The notes beneath the pieces are model-generated. The model was not told the origin of the DNA. It did no database searches and saw only the letters and a list, made by a program, of their open reading frames with translations. Below are positions 1-6,455 of a stretch of 40,000 nucleotides of DNA, in pieces. How positions within the stretch are numbered: position 1 is the first letter of the stretch; each line of letters starts with the position of its first letter. The position numbers were made by a program, and so were the translations under genes. The DNA lies in assembly GCA_017408735.1 (NCBI GenBank), contig JAFQUB010000041.1, positions 89,373-129,372 on the forward strand, read 5' to 3'. This DNA is from Lachnospiraceae bacterium (lineage in GTDB: Bacteria > Bacillota > Clostridia > Lachnospirales > Lachnospiraceae).

Positions 1-328
1 ATTTAAAACCAATACGTCTCGCTGGCTTTGTTTTATCTTCGCGTTCAACAGAAGTGATAAGAAAATTTAACTGACTTGCGTGTTGGATTAACTGTGAATC
101 TTTTCCATTTACAAAACCGTAGAAGTATAACATATCTGGATTTTGATAGCCTATATCAGTGACAACCATAGTGACAGAAGAACCGAAGGAAGCTAATTGT
201 AGTGCTATTTCGTGTTCTGAATCCAAAGTTTCTTCGAAGTCACGAATTTCCTCCATGATTTTTTCATACTTCCAATCGGCAAGATGATAATCTCTTATCG
301 GTTCTATATGAGGAAAATCAAAGTCCAT
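1..328 (-). CDS. Hypothetical protein, 3' part outside window (MDFDFPHIEPIRDYHLADWKYEKIMEEIRDFEE...)
   Basis: Reverse strand is open from ATG (complement of 326-328) to the window edge. AGGAGG lies 7 nt upstream of the ATG. It is the only convincing minus-strand gene in the phage and is divergent from the early operon. Confidence 0.6.
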   Translation of the reverse strand, partial: MDFDFPHIEPIRDYHLADWKYEKIMEEIRDFEETLDSEHEIALQLASFGSSVTMVVTDIGYQNPDMLYFYGFVNGKDSQLIQHASQLNFLITSVEREDKTKPARRIGFK

Positions 329-440
329 AATATTTCCTCCTTTCATGCGTACTCGGACATGGCAGTGTCCTGTAATCAAATTATAGAACAGGAGAAAGAG
401 GAAAACAAGATTTAGGAGCAGAGGAAGGAGAGTGAAAACA

Positions 441-635
441 ATGGAAACAGTAATAGAAGCAATAGCGGAAACCATGGCGACAATTACAGCATTGGCAGAA
501 GTGGCACTTGTAATTTCCATGTTGTTGAGAATCAGAAAACTGGAGAAAAAAGTGACTGCTCTCGAGAAGGAACAGCCAACAGTCGAAAAAATCGCCAGTG
601 CTTTCGCAAAAAACTTAAGAAGAGAAGTAAATTAA
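441..635 (+). CDS. Small membrane/coiled-coil protein (alternative GTG start at 432)
   Basis: ORF track 432..635. GGAAGGAG RBS at 423-430 precedes ATG 441. A hydrophobic stretch (ITALAEVALVISMLL) is followed by a charged tail. Confidence 0.5.
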   Translation: METVIEAIAETMATITALAEVALVISMLLRIRKLEKKVTALEKEQPTVEKIASAFAKNLRREVN

Positions 636-643
636 CAACTATA

Positions 644-768
644 TACCGGGCACTGGAAGCCATGCGGGAGAACCCCTCATTACTTCGAATTTATTATACT
701 CCCCACAAAAAAAGATAAATGCGTTGTGCTAAAACCACACACTTCCGCATGGTGTCCAGTGCCCGGTA
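644..768. repeat. Long imperfect inverted repeat: 24-bp arms (644-667 / 745-768) flanking a 77-bp spacer
   Basis: Arm 1 is TACCGGGCACTGGAAGCCATGCGG. The reverse complement of arm 2 is TACCGGGCACTGGACACCATGCGG, giving 22/24 matches. One mismatch is a G-U wobble in + strand RNA. Confidence 0.8.
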
Positions 769-837
769 GTAGAAAAGGTGTGATAGGTACAAACAGAGAA
801 AACATAACATAAAGTAAAGCAGAAAGGAGCATTTCTT

Positions 838-1002
838 ATGGAATCTAATGGATATAAGGTAAAAATAAAGATGGAAATGCCTGATAAGACGGTAAAAGAA
901 GTAAACTCCTTGGAAGAATTTAAAGAATATACACCGGCATTGAATGAACAGGGGATGAAAGCAATCGGAGCAGTTCCGGTAAGCAAAGAAAAGGTGGGGT
1001 AG
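838..1002 (+). CDS. Hypothetical small protein (54 aa, MESNGYKVKIKMEMPDK...)
   Basis: AAAGGAG RBS lies upstream of ATG 838. It is below the ORF-track size cutoff. The overlapping minus-strand ORFs 729..1168 are Cys/Phe-rich and look spurious. Confidence 0.4.
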   Translation: MESNGYKVKIKMEMPDKTVKEVNSLEEFKEYTPALNEQGMKAIGAVPVSKEKVG

Positions 1003-1004
1003 TT

Positions 1005-1154
1005 ATGGTACATATAACAGATAAAAAGCAGATGGAAGCCGTAATTCGCTTGAATGAGCGAATGCAATGGATAGAAAGCTTTAATCTTAGCAAAGAAACA
1101 AAACAGTTTAACGATAATGTAACGATTGCAATGCTGTGGTGCATAACGCAATAG
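1005..1154 (+). CDS. Hypothetical small protein (49 aa, MVHITDKKQMEAVIRLNERMQW...)
   Basis: ATG lies 2 nt after the previous stop, with GGTGGGG upstream. It ends with TAG at 1152-1154, directly abutting the palindrome. Confidence 0.4.
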   Translation: MVHITDKKQMEAVIRLNERMQWIESFNLSKETKQFNDNVTIAMLWCITQ

Positions 1155-1169
1155 TTGCACCGGTGCAAC
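1154..1169. repeat. Palindrome copy P1, GTTGCACCGGTGCAAC (perfect)
   Basis: Exact 16-bp dyad in intergenic DNA, 18 nt upstream of ATG 1187. Confidence 0.95.
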
Positions 1170-1186
1170 GAGAAAGGAGAAACAGT

Positions 1187-1333
1187 ATGAAATATAGAAT
1201 TACGTGCACAGACGTGCTAAACACAGCACCAGTAGGCTGTGTAATGGAATTAGGAGAGAAAGGCACAGAATTTGTTGTCGTAGCCGGGAGAGTTATAAAA
1301 GCAACAAGCCGCCTGAAAAGGAGAAGAAAATGA
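1187..1333 (+). CDS. Hypothetical small protein (48 aa, MKYRITCTDVLNTAPVG...)
   Basis: Internal ATG of ORF 1136..1333, preceded by AAAGGAGA. The N-terminal extension in the track merely reads through the palindrome. Confidence 0.5.
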   Translation: MKYRITCTDVLNTAPVGCVMELGEKGTEFVVVAGRVIKATSRLKRRRK

Positions 1334-1722
1334 AACAGAAAGCATTAAAGGCATTACTTATACTTGGAGCAGCAATGGTAATAGTAACAAGTACAAAAGT
1401 AGCTGTAAAGGCAGAAAAACTCGGCCTGTTCAATTATAAAGAAATGGAAGCAACAGCCTACTGCGATGAAGGACTGTGCTATGACGAAACGATACCGACA
1501 GAAGGAATTACCTGTGCCGCGGAAAAAGAGTACATCGGCAAGACATTTGTGATTTACGACGAGAACTGGATGCTGATAGGAATTTATGAATGCCATGATA
1601 CCGGTGGAGATTACCGTATCAAGAATGGATCTGTTGTGGATATTTACATGGATAGCGAAGATGAATGTTGGAAATTTGGCAGACAAAAGGTTTACGTGCA
1701 AATTGTGGATGCAAAAGGTTAG
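1330..1722 (+). CDS. Secreted 3D-domain (RlpA/MltA-like double-psi barrel) protein
   Basis: Internal ATG 1330 overlaps the previous stop (ATGA). It has a signal-peptide-like N-terminus (MKQKALKALLILGAAMVIV). 3D-domain pattern: TAYC..GITCAA..IGKTF..HDTGG..IKNGSVVDIYM..FGRQKVYVQIV. Confidence 0.65.
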   Translation: MKQKALKALLILGAAMVIVTSTKVAVKAEKLGLFNYKEMEATAYCDEGLCYDETIPTEGITCAAEKEYIGKTFVIYDENWMLIGIYECHDTGGDYRIKNGSVVDIYMDSEDECWKFGRQKVYVQIVDAKG

Positions 1723-1730
1723 GAGGAAAG

Positions 1731-1946
1731 ATGAAGCAACCAAAGAAATTAACAAGAGAACAAAAGGAAATTGTAAGTGCACATGGATTAGTGGCGAACA
1801 ACTGGATGTTCGTGGAAGAAGTAACGGAAAGCCACATCAAAGTGATAAATAAGACATCAGGAAAGATAAAAATCTTAGACATATACAAAAAGCGGAATGC
1901 TTCCCCAATGCCGACCAAAGCAAAGAAGCATTCCAAATCTGTGTAA
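1731..1946 (+). CDS. Small conserved MGE protein (MKQPKKLTREQKEIVSAHGLVANNWMF...), resembles the DUF6906 type
   Basis: AGGAGGAAAG RBS precedes ATG 1731, which is internal to track ORF 1665..1946. The family name is from memory only. Confidence 0.5.
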   Translation: MKQPKKLTREQKEIVSAHGLVANNWMFVEEVTESHIKVINKTSGKIKILDIYKKRNASPMPTKAKKHSKSV

Positions 1947-1995
1947 TTAATAAATAATTACGGGACAATTATACACCAAAATAGGAAAAAGAGCA

Positions 1996-2244
1996 ATGAA
2001 AGAAGAATTGGAGATTGCGAAGAAGGAAGCAAGAAGCTTTTCCGGACTGAAACCGCCCAATAATGCAGTTCTGCTCGGAAAAGAACAAAAGACCAACGAC
2101 ACAATAAACTACTACAAGGATTCTGCGGGAAATTACTATTATGATACAGAGAACGGCAGAAAATTTGAACAGGACATGCAGGAGAGGATGAAGAAGCGAG
2201 AGGAAGAAAAGAGAAGAAATAGAAGACGCGGGAAAATTGCATAG
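1996..2244 (+). CDS. Hypothetical basic protein
   Basis: ORF track entry with an Arg/Lys/Glu-rich C-terminus. No motif recognised. Confidence 0.5.
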   Translation: MKEELEIAKKEARSFSGLKPPNNAVLLGKEQKTNDTINYYKDSAGNYYYDTENGRKFEQDMQERMKKREEEKRRNRRRGKIA

Positions 2245-2255
2245 AAAAAGAACAA

Positions 2256-2359
2256 AGCCGGCACGAAGCCGGCTAAAAAAATATTAAAAAATAAACTATA
2301 GATAAACTATACCATGAAATGAGGAAAAAGTCAATAAAATCAAGGGGATTCAGCCCCTT
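2256..2359. promoter_or_regulatory. Origin-like non-coding block upstream of Rep: GC hairpin, tandem 10-bp direct repeat, second hairpin
   Basis: AGCCGGC/GCCGGCT hairpin at 2256-2274 has no downstream T-run on the + strand. ATAAACTATA occurs twice with 11-bp periodicity (2291-2300, 2302-2311). AAGGGG-ATTCAG-CCCCTT hairpin at 2342-2359. Confidence 0.3.
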
Positions 2360-2401
2360 AAACAGCTTGGTAAAGTAATTATCTTTAGGACCGGAGGAAG
2401 C

Positions 2402-3157
2402 ATGCCATACATTTTAGAAACATGTATAGCAGGGAAAACGAAAGAGGTAAGTAAGTATTACAGTAGCCGCTGGAAAATAAAAGGGGAAAGAAGAAATAAA
2501 AAGAAGAAAAAAACAACCAACACACAGGAAAAGGTAAATCTAAGACTGGCGACAAAAAATCTCCGGAGGAAGATGAACCATAATTTTGAAGATGGCGATT
2601 ACCTAGTAACATTCGATTTCCGGAAAGAGGAGCGGCCGAAGCACAGCACGGAAATGACAAGATGTATGAGTAATTTCTTGAAGCGATTAAGAAATCAATA
2701 CAAAAAGCTTGGAGTGGAGCTGAAATATATTTATGTAAAAGAAATAGGACCAAGGGGTGCGGCTCACATACATATGATTATGAACAGGGCACCGGATGGG
2801 ATTGAGATTTTAAGAAAGTGCTGGACACATGGTGGAATCCACGTAGATCCGCTTAACACAGATGGCCAATACGAAAAGATTGCTGAATACTTTGTTAAGT
2901 ACGCAGATAAGACAATAAAGACAGAAGGCAAGCAGATTGGAAAGAAATATTATCCATCGCAAAATCTGAAAGAGCCAATCGTAAAAAAGAAAATAATATG
3001 GAAATCGAACACTTTTCGAACAACGGCAAAAGAAGAAAAGGGATATTACCTCGAAAAGGAAAGCGTAGTGGAAGGTGTAAACAAATGGGGCTACGAATAC
3101 TTTTCCTACACCCTGCATCAGAACAAAACAATTAGAAAGGAAAGAAAACTGGAATGA
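2402..3157 (+). CDS. HUH-superfamily rolling-circle replication initiator-like protein
   Basis: GGAGGAAG RBS. The three RCR Rep motifs occur in the expected order and spacing: YLVTFDF (motif I), AAHIHMIMN (HUH), AEYFVKYADK (catalytic Tyr YxxK). Confidence 0.6.
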   Translation: MPYILETCIAGKTKEVSKYYSSRWKIKGERRNKKKKKTTNTQEKVNLRLATKNLRRKMNHNFEDGDYLVTFDFRKEERPKHSTEMTRCMSNFLKRLRNQYKKLGVELKYIYVKEIGPRGAAHIHMIMNRAPDGIEILRKCWTHGGIHVDPLNTDGQYEKIAEYFVKYADKTIKTEGKQIGKKYYPSQNLKEPIVKKKIIWKSNTFRTTAKEEKGYYLEKESVVEGVNKWGYEYFSYTLHQNKTIRKERKLE

Positions 3158-3609
3158 GTTTCAAAGTAAACATTTACATAGCGACAACATGGACAAGCCC
3201 AAGGCAGAAAGGCGGGAAAGCCATGTGGCTAGTGGAATTTATAAAAAAAGACAACACACCGGCGACAAGGCAAGGAATTGTTGTAACAGAGGGAAAAGAA
3301 ATGGAAGCAATTCTGACAGCCTTAAAAGAAGCCGTAAGCATTTTAACAAAAAGCTGTACAATTAGAGGATTTATGCGGAGAAACGGGGTTTTGAATGCCT
3401 ATCAAAACAGCTGGATAAAGAAGTGGCAGAAAAATGACTTTAGAAGTTCGAAAGGAGTAGGGGTTGCGCACGAAGAAAAGTGGCGAGAGTTAATTGCTGA
3501 ACTGGACAAGCACCAGTACGAATTCATAGAAGGGTTAGGAGAATACGAGCTGTATATGAGGAATGAATTAGCGAAAAGCGTTGATTTTCCTCTAAAGGAA
3601 GGAGAATAA
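3154..3609 (+). CDS. RNase H-like fold protein, apparently catalytically degenerate
   Basis: ATGA overlap with Rep. By-eye alignment to RNase HI: VNIYIATTW vs VEIFTDGSC, EMEAILTALKEA vs RMELMAAIVALEAL, NSWIKKWQKNDFRSSKGVGVAHEEKWREL vs [27 protein letters not shown]. The E48 equivalent is kept. The D10, D70 and D134 equivalents are replaced. Confidence 0.4.
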   Translation: MSFKVNIYIATTWTSPRQKGGKAMWLVEFIKKDNTPATRQGIVVTEGKEMEAILTALKEAVSILTKSCTIRGFMRRNGVLNAYQNSWIKKWQKNDFRSSKGVGVAHEEKWRELIAELDKHQYEFIEGLGEYELYMRNELAKSVDFPLKEGE

Positions 3610-3649
3610 AATCTGTGAAGAATGCGGGAAACCATTCGGGCCAAGGTCA

Positions 3650-3970
3650 ATGAGACAACTAACTTGTTCGGAAGAATGTTCGAAATCAAGGCACAGGAGA
3701 AAATGTAAAGAAAGAAACAAAATAACGATTGAAAAGATATGCATAGAGTGCGGAGAAAAGTTTTTGACAAACAGAAGAAAAACACTTACGTGCTCTCAGC
3801 GATGTGTAAGCAAGCGTTCGGCAGCACGCAGAAAATACAATGCATCTTGCATTAGTGAAGGAAACAAAAGAAAAACAACAGAAATTGGAACAATAGAGAA
3901 TATGGCACGGGAAGTAGGACTTACTTATGGCCAATACGTAGCAATGCAGTACGCAAAGGAAGGAAGATAG
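3650..3970 (+). CDS. Duplicated zinc-ribbon protein (ICxECG..F..LTCSxxC x2); the frame is open from 3596
   Basis: ORF track. The second repeat is KICIECGEKFLTNRRKTLTCSQRC. The first repeat, KICEECGKPFGPRSMRQLTCSEEC, begins upstream of the first ATG. Confidence 0.55.
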   Translation: MRQLTCSEECSKSRHRRKCKERNKITIEKICIECGEKFLTNRRKTLTCSQRCVSKRSAARRKYNASCISEGNKRKTTEIGTIENMAREVGLTYGQYVAMQYAKEGR

Positions 3971-3972
3971 AT

Positions 3973-4467
3973 ATGTACGAAAAATTTGGAGAATTTAACA
4001 GTGTGGAAGAATTAAACGAAGCGGCAGCGGGATTTCTAGCAGAGGGAGATTTTAAATCTATAAGAGAACTGGCAGAAGAAAACGGACTGGACGGAGAGGA
4101 TGCGGAGGATTATATTGCTGGAGATATTCCGGAACTTGCGACTGTAGTTAGCGCAGCTATGGGAAAGTTAGACCTGGAGGAAAAAGAAATTGATAAAAAG
4201 AGTGCCATCGAAAAGATGCCCCTCTTGGTAATTCACAACATGACAAAAGGGATGTGTACAGACGAAAACTTGGCAGCGGCTGTAATGGGAAAAGGAAAGA
4301 GAATAGAAAAAATCTTCGAATTAATGCGAAAAGAGGCAAGAAAACACGCGACAGGTGAAACGGGGATGTGTTGCGGAACAGACAGAGAGTTGTGCAATGT
4401 AATCCGGGCATATTATACCGAAGGCGAAAAAAAGGCAGTGGAAGTAATAGAAGCACTATACAAGTAG
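3973..4467 (+). CDS. PcfK-like protein (family that includes the AcrIIA9-type anti-CRISPR annotation)
   Basis: Acidic N-terminal helices (ELNEAAAGFLAEGD..ENGLDGEDAEDYI) and a C-terminal CCGTDRELCNVIRAYY region, immediately upstream of a PcfJ-like gene. Assignment is from recalled family pattern and the pcfK-pcfJ gene pairing. Confidence 0.45.
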   Translation: MYEKFGEFNSVEELNEAAAGFLAEGDFKSIRELAEENGLDGEDAEDYIAGDIPELATVVSAAMGKLDLEEKEIDKKSAIEKMPLLVIHNMTKGMCTDENLAAAVMGKGKRIEKIFELMRKEARKHATGETGMCCGTDRELCNVIRAYYTEGEKKAVEVIEALYK

Positions 4468-4476
4468 GAGGCAGAC

Positions 4477-6447
4477 ATGGATAAAAGAGAATTAATAAAA
4501 CTCCCATGCACAGCTCCAGACTGGATGATAGAAAAAGCACAGGAGTACACAAAAGATACGTTCCTTCTGAGGAGGAAATTTGGACGTATAAGCACATATG
4601 AAATTTATCAAAAAAGGGAATTGCTGGCAGGTGATACAGCACCGACATTTATTATATTCCGAACCAAGAATGACTGGATAAATTATACTCCAAAAAAGGA
4701 ATGCTGGACGAAAGCAAAGTTCGAGAACGCGGTAATAGAAGTGAGCGAAAATGGAAGGGTACACTGGAGCGTATATTACGCAGTGGATCAGTATAAAATT
4801 CTGAAGAATCTTAAAAGATGGCAGAACAAAATCGGTGAAAAGCGGTTAAAAGAGAGAAGACGTAAAGAAAGAGAAAAAATAGATGAAATAATGCGTAAAG
4901 TACCAGAACTTCCAGAAGACTTTGATAATTTCATAGAGAATGACCTGATGAAACAGGCAAATTATATAATCTACAACCGGAAAGATAATAAGGCATACTG
5001 CACAAGATGTGAGAGCGACTACACCCTTGACGAACTGGAGGTAAAAAACAATACAAAGACAACACACATGGGCGATTACCAACATTGCCCGTATTGCCGT
5101 AACTGGATGAAACAAATATCATACGGCATGAGCAGAGTAGGAAAAGGTTTTATATATGGGACAGAGATAATGCAACCCTATGAAAAGGGTGTGATAGTAA
5201 GAGAATTTGTAGTACACAGGGATTTTGAGAAGGACAATACTGGGCAAAAAAGCAGTCGCATGAAGACAGAATACTATGAAATACACAGGTACATAGTAAC
5301 GCCGGAGGCGGCAAGGCAGTACGAATATGAATACACAGATGGCAATGGAAAAAGGGTATGGGCGGATAGAACGAATGCTAATTTTAAAATAATTGGCAGA
5401 GATACCGGGAAATTCTACACACAAGATGTAAAGGAAATAATTGAGAAATCAGGATTACACTACGAAGGTCTAGGCGAATTATTGCAGAACCAGATAGATA
5501 AAAATACCTACGCAACAGGAATGGAACGCCCTCTTTGTAGATTATTAGAAAAGCCGTACATAGAGCAGTTGGTAAAATCCGGTCTGAACCAACTAGCAAG
5601 CACTGAGTTAGAGAAGGACTACCACAGATATGCACTAAATGCCAAAGAAACAAAACTAACGAAGCTGCTAGGAATTAACAAAGAGGAACTAAGGATACTA
5701 AGAGAGCAGAAAAATCAAGAAATAACCCTCGAAATCATGCAGGAATACCATAGCAACAATAAGGTGGCAACACAAGAAATGATAGAAGCAGTAGTTACAG
5801 CTTGGAGTAAGAGAGAAATTCATATAGAGGACATAGAAAAACTGATAAAGAAAGAGGTAAGAGAACAGAAGGTTCTTGCCTATGTAAAGGAGCAAGGAAT
5901 CCGAATAACAGACTTTATCGACCACTTAGATTTAATGGAAAAGCTGGAAATTCCCAAAAAGAAAACAAATATCTATCCCAAGGATTTTGTAAAGTTCCAT
6001 CAGGACGAAATCGAAGAAGAACTGTTAAGGGATGGAAGCAAAATATCGAACGAAACAAATACGGAATTTCAGAAAACCTATGCGAGATGGAAAAAGATAA
6101 TAAAAAAGCAAAAGGTAACGACAACGGATGGAAGATATCAGTGTATTCTCCCCGAAAGTGCAGTGGATATCAAGATAGAAGGAAGATGCCAGCATCATTG
6201 TGTTGGCGGTTACACAGACAGAGCCGCAAGAGGAGAAACCTTAATATTCTACATCAGGGAACGCAAAGAGCAGCGGTTATACACAGCAGAGTACAAGAAA
6301 GGCGAATTAATACAGGTGCGGGCAAGATATAACGCTGACCCGACACCGGAAGCGAAAAAACTTGCGCAACAATTTGCCAAGGAGCTGGCAGTGGCAGAAG
6401 AAAAAGAAGCAAAGAAGGATAAGAAACAGATGGCAGAAGCAGTATAG
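4477..6447 (+). CDS. PcfJ-like domain protein (656 aa)
   Basis: C-terminal EGRCQHHCVGGYTDRAARGETLIFYIRER block is typical of PcfJ-like proteins. There is an internal CxxC...CPYC zinc-ribbon. Confidence 0.5.
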   Translation: MDKRELIKLPCTAPDWMIEKAQEYTKDTFLLRRKFGRISTYEIYQKRELLAGDTAPTFIIFRTKNDWINYTPKKECWTKAKFENAVIEVSENGRVHWSVYYAVDQYKILKNLKRWQNKIGEKRLKERRRKEREKIDEIMRKVPELPEDFDNFIENDLMKQANYIIYNRKDNKAYCTRCESDYTLDELEVKNNTKTTHMGDYQHCPYCRNWMKQISYGMSRVGKGFIYGTEIMQPYEKGVIVREFVVHRDFEKDNTGQKSSRMKTEYYEIHRYIVTPEAARQYEYEYTDGNGKRVWADRTNANFKIIGRDTGKFYTQDVKEIIEKSGLHYEGLGELLQNQIDKNTYATGMERPLCRLLEKPYIEQLVKSGLNQLASTELEKDYHRYALNAKETKLTKLLGINKEELRILREQKNQEITLEIMQEYHSNNKVATQEMIEAVVTAWSKREIHIEDIEKLIKKEVREQKVLAYVKEQGIRITDFIDHLDLMEKLEIPKKKTNIYPKDFVKFHQDEIEEELLRDGSKISNETNTEFQKTYARWKKIIKKQKVTTTDGRYQCILPESAVDIKIEGRCQHHCVGGYTDRAARGETLIFYIRERKEQRLYTAEYKKGELIQVRARYNADPTPEAKKLAQQFAKELAVAEEKEAKKDKKQMAEAV

Positions 6448-6455
6448 GAGGAACT

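Noticed and set aside
355-370. GGACA-N6-TGTCC inverted repeat in the divergent intergenic region as an operator
   Set aside because: The arms are only 5 bp, it is a single copy and it is easily explained by chance. There is not enough support to call it.
1154-1169. Palindrome as a catabolite-responsive element (cre), LexA/Cheo box, CIRCE or canonical parS
   Set aside because: It does not fit TGWAANCGNTNWCA, CGAACN4GTTCG or TTAGCACTC-N9-GAGTGCTAA. It differs from TGTTTCACGTGAAACA in one half-site base and in central spacing. Only the resemblance to parS is noted.
2256-2274. GC hairpin after ORF 1996..2244 as a + strand intrinsic terminator
   Set aside because: It is followed by an A-run rather than a T-run on the + strand. 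The U-tract exists only for a minus-strand transcript, and no gene is present there. It is kept only as part of the origin-like block.
6087-6332. Alternative-frame + strand ORFs inside larger genes (6087..6332, 25885..26169, 34096..34305, 36201..36401)
   Set aside because: They are embedded out of frame in strongly supported genes (PcfJ-like, tape measure, holin, amylase). They lack RBSs and have biased Arg/Lys/Gln-rich compositions typical of off-frame translation.
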